Assembly: GCA_964016885.1 (NCBI GenBank)
Contig: OZ024757.1
Coordinates: forward strand, 25,234,001 to 25,298,000
Reading direction: 5' to 3'
Length of the DNA stretch: 64,000 nucleotides
From: Eledone cirrhosa
Taxonomy: Eukaryota
Positions 41,963 through 55,619 of this stretch are shown piece by piece. Each line of letters begins with the position of its first letter. The stretch's first letter is position 1. A program made the translations under genes and the position numbers. The notes below the pieces were generated by a model. It was not told where the DNA came from and made no database searches. It saw only the letters and a list, made by a program, of their open reading frames with translations.

Positions 41963-42084
41963 ATGTATGTATGTATGTATATATGTATGTATATATATAT
42001 ATTCATAATGTATGTATATATATATATACATAACTATTTATATATATATACATACATACATACATATATATACATATATATGGA

Positions 42085-42122
<38 letters not shown>

Positions 42123-42661
42123 TGTTCAATATATTTGGTTCCTTATATTCATTTCTCCATTTCGTTAAAATAACAAAACAACTACTAAGTGATAAACATG
42201 TAAAAAAAAAAAAATTCAGTTATTTTCCTTAGAATTAGGTTAAACAGAATTACAAGAAAAAAAAAAATCGGGGTAAAAACATTATGCATTGTTTTTATAA
42301 TTTTTTTAGATATTTATGTGTGTGTGTTTTGTTATATTTTTTCCTGTGTTGTGCCTGGAGAGAGAGAATTATCAATCAGTAAACATGACAAAAATAAGGC
42401 GACATAGTCAGATATACAAAGATTTCATATGTAATGTCTTTCTGGGTCATAGAACAAACTTTACTGACAAACTACACATCAAAGAATGTAGATATCAAAA
42501 TAAAATATTCAAAGACAATACATACATAACATACATGGGTATATATGTGTATATATATATATATATATACACACAAACACATGCATATGCATACATACAC
42601 ACTCACACACACATACATACACATACACACACATATATATATATATATCATCATCATCATC

Positions 42662-43340
42662 ATTTTGTTTGTGGCATATATTAATGACTTATATGTCAAC
42701 TTAAAGAATGCCACGGTACTAAAGTATGCAGATGACATCAAGCTGTACCTTGAGATAAAAAGGACAGATCCTGAACACTACAGATCTTGCCTGCAATCTG
42801 ACCTGGACACAATGCAACAATGGATTACAGACTGGCAACTCAAGCTAGCTGTGGACAAGTGCACCACCATGCATTTTGGGAGTAAAAACCCAGCGTCCAC
42901 ATACTCCCTCCACAGCACTAATATCAAGAAGCCTTCTTGCGAACGTGACCTGGGCATTACTGTCAGCAACGATTTGCGTTGGACGAAGCATGTCTCTAAA
43001 ATTGTCAAGAGGGCCGAGGGTGTCTTAGCATCACTCAGCAAGACCTTTGTCAGCCGCTCTCCAGCTATCTATTTAAAGCTGTATATAGCTACGGTGCAGC
43101 CACACTTAGAATTTGCATCACCAGTCTGGAACCCCTATCTTGCTCAGAACATTGACTGCCTGGAAACTGTTCATAGACGTGCAACCAAGCGAATACCCTC
43201 CACCATGCAGGCATCTACCATACTCTGAACGCCTTACTTCCCTGGGCCTGGATACGTTGAAGCTCCAACGTCTGGCAACTGACTTGGTAAACACCCACAA
43301 AATTATTAACCATCTTGCCAACAACAACCCTGAGTACCTT
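42662..43340 (+). mobile_element. CR1-clade LINE RT fragment
   Basis: LFVAYINDL, KYADDIKLY, ERDLGITVSNDL, PHLEFASPVWNPY, RRATKRIP; frameshift near 43200. Confidence 0.92.
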
Positions 43341-43448
43341 TATATATAATATATTTGTAAACGATATATCATAGATGCTCTGAACAGAAGTTTATTGAGC
43401 TTTTTACTGAGAAACATTACTGATATATATTTCATATGCATTGATTAA

Positions 43449-43602
43449 ACTGAGCACCGGCCATTTTGACAGCCAGATCCGAATCGGCCGGAGCTCAGCC
43501 GTCGGGGTCCTGACTCTTTTCCTGTTACCCACTCTACTAACCTAAGTATTGAGTACTCTGGTGCATTATGGTCCACCTGGTTCCTTATCACACTTCCTTC
43601 GT

Positions 43603-43603
<1 letters not shown>
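43449..43603 (+). mobile_element. Family D element
   Basis: Shared 3' end, short inverted 5' piece. Confidence 0.75.
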
Positions 43604-43635
<32 letters not shown>

Positions 43636-44218
43636 GTAATCATTTTTCTATGCTTATATTGACTGGACATGCATGTGAATATGTGTGTATATGTGTGTAT
43701 ATGTGTGTATATGTGAACATTTGTGCGTATATGTAAACATGTGTGTATTTGTGTGCATATGCAAACATAAAAAAACATGATACACACAAACATTAAATCT
43801 AAGGGTGAAGGACACACACATACATACATCTACCTACACACACATATACACATACATACATCCACACATACATATATATATATATACATACATACAATGT
43901 ATATATACATACATACATAAGTATATACACATACATACATACATACATATCCACACATAGACATACATATATCTGCACACACCCATACCCACACACATAC
44001 ATACATACACCCCTACACCTGGAGTTATCTACCCAGACAGAGAACGGAGAGTAAAAGCAGGATCTGTGATGTGATACATGAAAGAAGTTATTATGTCTTT
44101 GAGAAATAAAATATAGGACTGCATGGTGCCAATATAGAGAATTACCGTTATTTATTTCTTCTTTCTTGTTAAAGAATATGGTTAGATTGTACATCTGGTG
44201 CCTGCTGTACAAATGTAA

Positions 44219-44254
<36 letters not shown>

Positions 44255-44431
44255 CGACATATATTTATATATAGACATATATTTATATATAGACATATAT
44301 TTATATATATATATACATATATATATATATAGACATATATTTATATATATATAGACATATATTTATATATATATAGACATATATTTATATATATATAGAC
44401 ATATATTTATATATAGACATATATTTATATA

Positions 44432-44803
44432 TGTAGGCATCTCTAACAAACTACACCCCGTCCCGCCACCACCCCCACCCCATCCACACCACCCCGTTCT
44501 ATGTAAAGTTATGTTGGTGCCGCGCCATCCAGGCCGAAACAAATGAGATCGTGTAGGTGTCACGACAAAAAAACACACAGTCCACGCTGTAATGTGGCCG
44601 TGTAGGCAACACGGTAAAAACCTCCCAGACCCACACTGTAAATGTGGTTGGTGTTAGGAAGGGCATCCAACTGTAGAAAACCTGCCAGACAGTCCTATGC
44701 GAGCAAGACAATCACTCTTGCCTCAAGTGGGACTACCCCCGTCCAAACCCATGCAAGCGTGGAACACGGACGTTAAACGTTGATGTTGATGATGATGATG
44801 ATG
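44432..44803 (+). mobile_element. Family C RTE 3' UTR
   Basis: Matches 14382-14866. Confidence 0.88.
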
Positions 44804-44928
44804 ATATATATATAGCCATATATATATATATATATATATAGACATATATATATATATATATAGACATATATATATAGACATATATATATATATATATATA
44901 TAGACATATATATATATATATATATATA

Positions 44929-44987
<59 letters not shown>

Positions 44988-45015
44988 TGACATATATATA
45001 CATATATATATAGAC

Positions 45016-45760
45016 ATGATGGCTGCCTCCTCGTTATCGAGTATGGCAATTGCATGTGGAGAAAAAAAAAAAAAATTAAAATTAATAAATAAAAAAAAAT
45101 AAAATAAAAATTAAAAAAAAGAAATATATATATATATATATACACATATACATATACATATATACACACATATATATACACACGCACATATACATTAATA
45201 ACAATAATAATAATAACGACAACAACAATAATAATATACATATACATATATATATACACATACACGCACACACATAAACATATCTATACACACACACACG
45301 ATAGCAACTAACAGCGCTGCGATCGAATGTGGCTTTTTAGCCCAGCCAATGATCTAAAATGTCTTGCACAGAGTCGGCAACCAAAACATTCACTGGGAAT
45401 AGTCGGCTGTGGTTGGAGTTTGTGTACTTTTACATGTCGCTTGAGCCCTCCTGCTGATTTACATTCTCTACCACATGTTTGGCAAGCATGATGAGTAGCA
45501 TCTCCAACAGCAGCCTGGTAGTCAACCACTGGTCTTACTTTATGACTGCGAAGATGACTTTCGAGTCCAGCTTTGCTTAGGCAGAGTCTCGCACAGACGC
45601 TGCATGTCAGCACCATAGGAGGACCCTCGCCGTCTGGAAGTGCAACAGCAATGCCCTTCCTCACATCCCGCTTTACTTTCTCGTATGCGATTCGAGATGC
45701 CTCAAAGGCAACTTTTCCCTCATATACAGTCTTTCTCCATTTATTACGATCAGCAGCAAT
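45016..45760 (-). mobile_element. RTE LINE 3' end with three C2H2 zinc fingers
   Basis: AADRNKWRKTV followed by CSVC..HLRSH, CQTC..HVKVH, CRLC..HIRS; coding part 45308-45760; terminal hairpin 45018-45050. Confidence 0.8.
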
Positions 45761-46107
45761 ATAGATACATACATAAATACATACATATATACACATATGT
45801 GTATAAACATACATATATTATATACAAACATATAAATGTGTTTATACATATATGCATACACATGAGTTTATACATACATATATACATACATGCACATAGA
45901 TGTGTTTATACATATATACATACATACATATATGTATAGACGTGTTTATACATACATATATACATACATACACATAGATGTGTTTATACATATATACATA
46001 CATACATTTATGTATAGATGTGTTTATACATACATATATACATATATACGTTTATACATATATACATACATACATATATGTATAGACATGTGTTTATACA
46101 TATATGC

Positions 46108-46150
<43 letters not shown>

Positions 46151-46234
46151 CACACATACATCTAAAGGCACTCCATCGGTTACAACAACGAGTGTTTCGA
46201 TTGATCTGATCAACAGAACAGCCTGCTCGTGAAA

Positions 46235-47908
46235 TTTCAGAGTGTACTGGGTGCATTTTACTACAACACCAGCCATAGAGGAGTTGTCATGTCCTTCATA
46301 TGGCTAAAAATTATTCTATTCACCAACCACTTTACAGAGTGTACTGGGTGTATTTTATTGTGGACTCAGTCATGACCTTGATATGGCTAAAAATTGCAGT
46401 GTTTCCAATCACCAGCCACTTTACAGGGTGTACTGGGTATATTTTATTGTGGACTCAGCATGAGAGCAGATGTCATGACCTTGATACGGCTAATATTGCA
46501 GTGCTGTGATTCAACAACGACTTTACAGAGTGTACTGGGTGTATTTTATTGTAGCACCAGCAGGAGAGCAGTTGTCATGTCTCTGACATGGTTAAAAATG
46601 CTGCTGTATCCAACAGTGTTTCCAATCACCAACCACTTTACAGAGTGTACTGGGTGTATTTTATGATGACACAAGCACTAAAGACGTCATGTTCTTGACA
46701 TGACAAAAGTTCCTCTCTGTTTAACAATGTTTCGATTCATCAACCCTTTTACAGAGTGTACTGGGTGTATTTTATTGTGGACTCAGCACTAAAGCAGTTG
46801 TCATGTCCTTGACAAGACTAAAAATTGCAGTCTTTCGATTCACCAACCACTTTACAGAGTGTACTGGGTGTATTTTATCATGGCACCAACATGAGAGCAG
46901 ATGTCACGACCTTGATATGGCTAAATATTACAGTGTTTCCAATCACCAGTGACTTTACAGAGTGTACTGGGTGTATTTTATGATGACACAAGCACTATAG
47001 AAGTTGTCATATACTTGACATGACAAAAGTTCCTCTCAGTTTAACAATGTTTCGATTCAACAACCACTTTACAGAGTATACTGGGTGTATTTTATTGTGG
47101 ACTCAGCATGCAAGCAGTTGTCATGACCTTGAGATAGCTAAAAATTGCAGTGCTGTGATTCAACAACCACTTTACAGGATGTACTGGGTGTATACTGGGT
47201 GTATTTTATTGTGTTACCAGCATGAGAGCAGATGTCATGACCTTCACTTGGCTAGATATTGCAGTGTTTTGATTCAACAATGACTTTACAGAGTGTACTG
47301 GGTGTATTTTATTGTGATACCAGCATGAGAGCAGTTGTCATGTTCATGAGATGGTTAAATATTGCTGCTCTATCCAACAGAGTTTCCAATCACCAACCAC
47401 TTTACAGAGTGTACTGGGTGTATTTTACTGTGGCACCAACACTAAAGCAGATGTCATGACCTTGACAAGGCTAAATACTACAGTGTTTCAAATTACCAAC
47501 AACTTTACAGAGAGTACAGGGTGTATTTCATTGTGACACCAACACTAAAGTAGATGTTAAATCCTTGGTAACGGTAAAGAATCCTCTCTAATCTACATCA
47601 TCTCCATTTACCAACCATTTTACAGAGTGTACTGGGTGTATTTTATTGTGGACTCAGCACTAGAGAAGTTGTCATGTTCTTGAGATGGTTAAAACTGTTT
47701 CGATTTACCAACCTCTTTACAGAGTGTACTGGGTGTATTTTATTGTGGACTCAGTATGAAAGCAAATGTCATGCTTCGATTTACCAACCATTTTACAGAG
47801 TGTACTGGGTGTATTTTATTGTAGCACCAACATGAGAGAAGTTATCATGACCTTGACATGACTAAACACAAGAGTGTTCACCAACCACTTTACAGAGTGT
47901 ACTGGATA
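46235..47908. repeat. Degenerate ~95-115 bp satellite
   Basis: ~16 units of CAACCACTTTACAGAGTGTACTGGGTGTATTTTATTGTGG; resembles the minus strand of the family C UTR. Confidence 0.85.
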
Positions 47909-47967
47909 ATCCTCTCTTTGTCCATCAGATGGACAAAAGCCAGAGCTTATCTAGGTTTCATGTAACA

Positions 47968-48806
47968 TTAACTCTTTAGCATTCGTATTATTGTATAGTT
48001 CATCATCATCACCGTTTTACGTCTGTTCTTCCACGCTAGCGTGGGTTAGACAGGTTTTCCTGTTGTGGGCAGTAGCCAGTCGGCTGACATTGTCTTGCTC
48101 ATACAGGAACTGATTCTGGCTTGATTTCTACAGCTGGATGCCCTTCCTAACACCAACCTCATTTACAGTGAGTGCTGGGTGCTTTTTATTTTTCCCGTGG
48201 CGCCACGTCCCACTTTACAGTGTGGGCTGGGTGCTTTTTTGCCGTGGCACCTCCACGACCACTTTGCAGTGGGAGGGTGTGGGGGCATATTGTCTATATA
48301 CTTCAGCTTGTACCCGTGGGAGGTCGGGTACTCTGTATTACTGTGTGACGCCAGAGGTCACGGTCGTGTGTCATCGCTTTTGAGGTATAATTGGGTAAGG
48401 TCGGCTTTTATTTAGTATTATATTTTCACAGTAAAGGTTTACCTCATGTAATTATCACATATAATATTGAATCTATAAGATTTTGTTATTATTGGTGGAG
48501 GGTCTGACGCCATGCTTTGCAGCATAGAGTTACGGCCCTTATAGTATGAGTTCAATTCAAATCCCGTTGAGGTTAACTTTGCCTTTTATCCTTATGGGGG
48601 TCGATAAAATAAAGTACCAGTAATACACTGGAATAATTGCTGGCCTTGTGCCAAGAATAGAAACAATTATTTGAGAACAATACCTTAATGTCAGTATGAG
48701 TGGCCAGTTACAGCAGGTTGGAACAGAAAGAGGTGAGAGAATTCTGGCCGGACACGACCGGTTTAAATACTAAAGGGTTAACCCTTTAGCATTTACATTA
48801 CTCTAT
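47968..48806 (+). mobile_element. Family F MITE with nested RTE tail (48001-48410, -) and SINE A (48493-48670, +), followed by a second MITE start sharing TTAA 48778-48781
   Basis: MITE pieces are colinear with 22392-22620 around both inserts. Confidence 0.8.
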
Positions 48807-48947
48807 ATTTATATGTGTATATGTGTATATAGTGGGAAAGTATATATATATATGTGTGTGGGAGTATGTATATATAAATATATATATATATCCATGTGCA
48901 ACCATGCAGTATTCTTCTTCCCCTTGTTTTTCATATATATATATATA

Positions 48948-49166
48948 TAGGAAGACGATCGACTTTCGTCAAATCGGACCGAGGGAACAATGTTTCCGTT
49001 GGTCTTTCCAATTGCTAATACTATCTATCGGTCGCAACTCCAGGTAGAAGGAGCAACGTGAAATAAAGTGTCTTGCTCAAGGACATAACGCATCGCCTGG
49101 TCCAGGAATCGAACTCACAACCTTACGATTGCGAATCCAATTCTCTAACCACTCAGCCACACACCT

Positions 49167-49168
<2 letters not shown>
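48948..49168 (-). mobile_element. tRNA-derived SINE B variant, full length
   Basis: Minus: TGGCTGAGTGG, GAGTTCGATTCC, CORE-like GTCCTTGAGCAAGACAC. Confidence 0.85.
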
Positions 49169-49222
<54 letters not shown>

Positions 49223-49227
<5 letters not shown>

Positions 49228-50742
49228 ATAATAATAAATTTGAAGACTAAAATCCAAAGAGGGCTCGATAAGGATAAATATAGAAGGAATATGACGTCAC
49301 TTTCAACTTATATCTGGAGTCTAAAAGACAACCACACCCAATATAAGTTACACTGGGAGATCCTAGCTAAGGCTAGATCGTATAACGGAAATAAAAGACC
49401 ATGTGACCTCTGCGCCGCTGAGGCCCTGGAAATACTCTATGCCAAAGACCACATCTTAAACAAAAAATTTGAGGCAATTTCGGCTTGTAAACATAAATTG
49501 CACAAAACTTTCCTGTATTACAGTCCCACATTATACCCTAATGGATAGTACGAACTATGCGCGGATATTTACGTCTTGGTGTGGTAGCTAAGTATATGTT
49601 ATGTTTATACCATTACTTATTTGTATAGGTAAGTATAAATTACCTGTATGTTTTGTGAAGGTACGTATACTTTCTCGTACGTATATTTGCTTGTATATGT
49701 TATGGCGTATATATTATATACTGGTACATGTGCATACGGTTATGTGTATACGTGAGTTCTGCGTCTGTGTGAGTGTGTGGGTTCGTACGTATGTAGGGTG
49801 TGTGTATATGTGTACTTTGTGTTTGGTTGACGTACGTCTGTGTACATATGTGTATTTACATGTAGATATGTGTGTGCGCGTTATATACGTATTTATGTGT
49901 GTATATTTATATACAATTATATAATTATATGTATACACGCACACACACGCACATATATATATATTTTTTATATATATATTTTTATGTGTATTTGGTGTAT
50001 ACATTCGTATGTGTGCGGGTACAGGCATTGCATGGGTTCTGTATGTCCGTGCGTGTTTTTTTGTGTACATGCTTGTATTTACATACCCATTGCGGGTGTT
50101 TTCGCGTATGCTTGTGTATGTACGTATATGGATGCGTGTCTGTATATATTTAATTTCAATTACCTCTGTATTATATTTACTTTATTCTTAACTCTGAAGC
50201 CGAGAAACATTCGGTTTCCTAATAGAATTTTAGTCTACGACTTCAGTTATACCATATACGTGGTTTTGTCTTTGCGTGCAATTGTTCTCATCGCTCCACA
50301 TAATTACGTATTATCTTCGTTTTTTTCGTTCATTGCCAGAGAACGTCTCCACGAACCACCTAATAGAATATTAGTCTACGACTTCTTTTATACCATAAAC
50401 GTGGTTTTGTCTTTGCGTTTAATTGTTTTTCACCGCTCCAAATAATGACGTATTATATTCGTTTTTATCCGTTCTTTGCCAGGGAACGTTTCCATGAACC
50501 AAAGTATCGTCTTCCTGTCTTCCTCCGGTTGCAACGTTTTTTGAAATATTTACTTCTTCGTTCACAGATTGACTTTGTCAGTTTCAGAAGATCCCGTTAA
50601 GGGTGAAAGCAGCGATTCTTTGCTTAAACTTTAATCTGTTATTTTAATAAATATTTGCTCTACGGTTCTTATATATTTGATATATATTTATCCTTATTGA
50701 GGGCTCTTTGGATTTTAGTCTTCAAATTTATTATTATTACTA
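49223..50742 (+). mobile_element. 5'-truncated Penelope-like element: GIY-YIG C-terminus, long 3' region, ~60-bp inverted termini, inserted in (TA)n
   Basis: TSLSTYIWSLKD..LHWEILAKARSYN..CDLCAAE..LNKKFEAISACKH (49283-49548); 49223-49282 is an inverted copy of 50683-50742; HHR-like relic at 50585-50618. Confidence 0.82.
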
Positions 50743-50799
50743 TATATACATATATGTACATATATATATACATATGTATATATAATATATATATATATA

Positions 50800-50830
<31 letters not shown>

Positions 50831-50872
50831 ATATATATATATATATAATATATATATATGTATATATATATA

Positions 50873-50903
<31 letters not shown>

Positions 50904-50961
50904 ATATATATATATGTATATATATATATATAATATATATATATGTATATATATATATATA

Positions 50962-51029
<68 letters not shown>

Positions 51030-51042
51030 TATATAAATATAC

Positions 51043-51193
<151 letters not shown>

Positions 51194-51284
51194 CATATAT
51201 ATAATATATATATATGTATATATATACATATATATATATACACATATATATACATATATATATATACATATATATATATGTATA

Positions 51285-52664
51285 CCCACTTCCTTGAGAG
51301 TAACAATATGCTGAACTCCAACCAGCATGGATTCCGTAATGGAAGGGATTGCCTGACGCAGCTACTGCATCACTTTGATGACATTTTGAGAGCCTTGGGA
51401 GAGGGTTCCAACACTGATGTTATCTCCCTTGATTTCAGCAAGGCCTTTGACAGGGTTGATCATAACATTCTACTGAGAAAGCTGTCCAATATTGGTGTCA
51501 CTGGAAAGCTGCTGCAGTGAATCAAGAGCTTCCTGTCAAACAGAACCCAACATGTTGTAGTTGAGGGAGTCAAATCCAGCCCAGCCAAAGTCAGTAGTGG
51601 GGTCCCACAAGGCACTGTGTTGGGCCTACTTCTCTTCATCATCTATATTAATGACATCACTGACATCATCAAACACAGCAACATTAAAATTTTCGCTGAT
51701 GATTCCAAGCTCCAAAAGGTCATCAATGGCGTGGATGACCGGATAAGCCTTCAGTCAGACCTACTGGCTGTTACCCAATGGGCGGAAAAGAACAACATGT
51801 TACTGAACGAAGACAAATTCGAACTGATCCACTTTGGAAAAGAGGATGCTCTGAAACTCCCGTACTCCCTTCCCTCCGGGGAAACTCTCGTGGCGTTTAA
51901 CAACATCAGAGACTTGGGAGTAACCGTGGACAGCAACATAAGCTGGACCACGCATATAAGCAGCAAAGTTGACATGGCCCGCAGAATGTGTTCCTGGATC
52001 CTCAGAACCTTCCAGTCGAGAGATTCCCGCACCATTATCCTTCTCTTCTCTACTTTTGCCCGACCACACCTTGAATACTGTTGTCCACTGTGGTCTCCCC
52101 ACACGAAACAAAGTATCATGAAACTTGAAGCTCCTCAAAGGGCAATCACGAAAAAGATAGATGGCATGTCAGACCTTGACTACTGGGGTCGATTAGAAAA
52201 CCTGAAACTTTACTCACTCCAACGTCGCCGTGAGCGTTATATTATCTGCATGATGTGGAAAATGTTCCATCATCACTGCCCAAATGATGTTGGCATCGTC
52301 TTCAAGATACACCCAAGGCTTGGGCCCCGTGCTATCCGTCCCATTCAAAAATCTAAATCGCAACTCATAACAACAATACGGCACAATTATTTCACCTCAA
52401 TCGGCCCTGCTCTCTTCAACATCACACCAGGACACGTCAAAACAGAAACTGACCACACAAAATTCAAGAAGTCTTTGGACAAATTCCTCCAAGTAATCCC
52501 GGACAAACCACCCACACCCGGATATGTCTCCGCAAACAGTAATTCTCTTCTCGAATGGGCCATGGTGCCCAAATCCTGAATTGAAAGACTTCGCCAGGTG
52601 GTGCTATTAAGTTAGACATGGCCTGGACCAATACTGGCCAAAACATTTCAAAGTTATTCAAAGT

Positions 52665-52665
<1 letters not shown>
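51285..52665 (+). mobile_element. CR1-clade LINE, 5'-truncated, RT to 3' UTR
   Basis: [50 protein letters not shown]; one TGA at 51518-51520; stop at 52579; flanked by (TA)n. Confidence 0.95.
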
Positions 52666-52696
<31 letters not shown>

Positions 52697-52699
52697 CAC

Positions 52700-52780
<81 letters not shown>

Positions 52781-52789
52781 CATATATAC

Positions 52790-52820
<31 letters not shown>

Positions 52821-53104
52821 CATATATATATATACACATATATATATATACATATATATATATACATATATATATATACATATATATATATACATATATA
52901 TATATACATATATATATATACATATATATATATACATATATATATACATACACATATATATATATATATACATATATATACATAAAAATATATATACATA
53001 TATATATATATATTATATATATATATATATATACATATATATATTATATATATATATATATTAATATATATGTGTGTGTGTGTGTATGTGTGTGTTCATG
53101 TTTC

Positions 53105-53723
53105 ATCATCACCATCATCATCTTCGTTTAACGTCCATTTTCCACGCTAGCATGGGTCAGACGGGAGTTGTCCCACTTGAGGCAAGGTTGGTCGGGTGAC
53201 CGTGTCTCTCCCTCATATAGGACTATCTGGCAGGTTTTCTACGGCTGGATGCCCTTCCTAACACCAATCACATTTACAGAGTGGAACTGGGAGGTTTTTA
53301 CCGTGTTACCTACACGGCCACATTACAGCGTGGACTGTGTGTTTTTTTGTCGTGACACCTACACGACCTCGATCCCATTTTCTCGTGCTGGGAGTGGGTG
53401 GATAGGGTAGGGGTAGTGAATTGGGGTGTATATTTGGTTAAGAGGTGCCTACTGACTGTAGGTTTCGCTTTGTACATAGGCAAGGCGGGTCTTCTGTATT
53501 ACTGCGTGGCGCCAAAGATCTCGATCCAGTGACATTGTCTTAGAGAGGTGCAAGTGTGTAAGGTCGGAATTTATCGGATCATCCCAGGTTTTTCTGGGTC
53601 TACCTACTCCGTAACTACCATCAATTTTGATTGCCCTGCACTTTTTTATGCAGCCCTCGTCTTTCATGCGCATCACGTGGCCATCCCAACGTAGTCTTCT
53701 CTCAAGTAAAGAGCATCTGATCC

Positions 53724-53727
<4 letters not shown>
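53105..53727 (-). mobile_element. 5'-truncated RTE LINE with family C UTR
   Basis: ERRLRWDGHVMRM..GRPRKTW..DRDLWRHAV. Confidence 0.92.
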
Positions 53728-53792
<65 letters not shown>

Positions 53793-53880
53793 GGAAAAAT
53801 TTGAACAGGGACAAAACAGAGAGGCAGTACAACAAATGTTTATTAATTTCACGCTCTGGAGAGTGGGGTGTTGGTGGGGG

Positions 53881-53912
53881 ACGACGTTTCGGGCATAAGC
53901 CCTTCCTCAGGT
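53881..53912 (-). ncRNA. Minimal type I hammerhead, canonical core, in (TA)n-bounded element ~53790-53970
   Basis: Minus: ac-CTGAGGA-a-gggc ttat gccc-GAAA-cg-TC-gt; AATAAA downstream; stem I only 2 bp. Confidence 0.7.
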
Positions 53913-54259
53913 GGGAAGTGTGTGGGAACAGAGTTCAAAGGGTGTGTAGGGGAGTGGTGGAGAGACATATAGCGAAATATATATATATATATATATATAC
54001 ATATTAATATATGTGTGTGTGTATATGTGTATCATTTATGTTAGGCTGTTTAGTTCCAAACTGGATGCACACATGCATACAATATCCAGATGCACACATG
54101 CACATCATATACGGATGCACACAGATGAAACAATTCCACAAAGCTACCCAGTACTTGACTGTTACTTTATGAAGACGACCCTGAGATGATACAAGGACCT
54201 CAAGTGGACCTCAGTTGGATTTGAATTGCAGTGATTGGGAACACCACCACTGTCATTTA

Positions 54260-54938
54260 TTGGTGGTGGTAGTAGTAGTGGTGGTAGTGGTGGTGGTGGT
54301 GGTAGTGGTGGTAGTAGTAGTGGTGGTGGTGGTACTAGTAGTGGTGGTGGTGGTGGTAGTGGTAGTAGTAGTGGTGGTGGTGGTGGTGGTAGTGGTGGTG
54401 GTAGTAGTGGTGGTGGTGGTAGTGGTGGTGGTGGTGGTGGTGGTGGTGGTAGTGGTGGTGGTAGTGGTGGTGGTGGTGGTGGTGGTGGTGGTGGTGGTGG
54501 TGGTAGTAGTGGTGGTGGTGGTACTAGTAGTGGTGGTGGTGGTAGTAGTGGTGGTGGTAGTAGTAGTGGTGGTAGTAGTAGTAGTGGTGGTAGTAGTAGT
54601 AGTAGTAGTGGTGGTGGTGGTGGTGGTAGTGGTGGTGGTGGTAGTAGTGGTGGTGGTGGTAGTAGTAGTAGTAGTGGTAGTAGTAGTGGTGGTAGTAGTG
54701 GTGGTGGTGGTTGTAGTAGTAGTGGTGGTGGTTGTAGTAGTAGTGGTGGTGGTGATGGTGGTGGTGGTGGTAGTAGTGGTAGTGGTGGTAGTGGTAGTAG
54801 TAGTGGGGTAGTGGTGGTGGTGGTAGTGGAGGTGGTAGTAGTAGTGGTGGTGGTGGTGGTGGTAGTAGTGGTGGTGGTCGTGGTAGTAGTAGTGGTAGTA
54901 GTGGTGGCGGCGGCAGTAGTAGTAGTAGTAATAGTAGC

Positions 54939-55000
<62 letters not shown>

Positions 55001-55055
55001 CAGCAGCAGCAGCAGTAGTAGTAGTAATAATAGTAGTAGTAGTGATGGTGGTGTG

Positions 55056-55109
<54 letters not shown>

Positions 55110-55138
55110 ATAATAGTAGTAGTAGTGATGGTGGTGTG

Positions 55139-55186
<48 letters not shown>

Positions 55187-55215
55187 ATAATAGTAGTAGT
55201 AGTGATGATGGTGGT

Positions 55216-55256
<41 letters not shown>

Positions 55257-55436
55257 GGTAGTTGTGGTGGTGTTGGTAGTAGTGGTGGTGGTGGTGGTAG
55301 TGGTGGTGGTGGTGGTAGTGGTGGTAGTAGTAGTAGTGGTAGCAGTAGTAGTAGCAGTAATAGTAGTAGTAGAAGTAGTGGTGGTACTAGGAGTAGTGGT
55401 AATAGCAGCAGCAGTAGTAGTAATAGTATGGTGGTA
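54260..55436. repeat. (GGT/AGT)n triplet tract
   Basis: Direct reading. Confidence 0.95.
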
Positions 55437-55619
55437 ACCCCTCCCCCCACATACATATATACATACACACATAAATAAACACACACGCATACACATACAT
55501 ACACACACACACACACACATATGTGTCTAATGTCAAAAGATGTATAAATTGATGACAGTGAGCAGAGTAAAAAATATCTTGATTCTAAATTATAGGGAGG
55601 GGGGGGGTTGTAAGTATAG

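Noticed and set aside
50190-50215. CTGAAGC-cga-GAAA-cat-TC motif
   Set aside because: A9 mismatch and unpaired stem III
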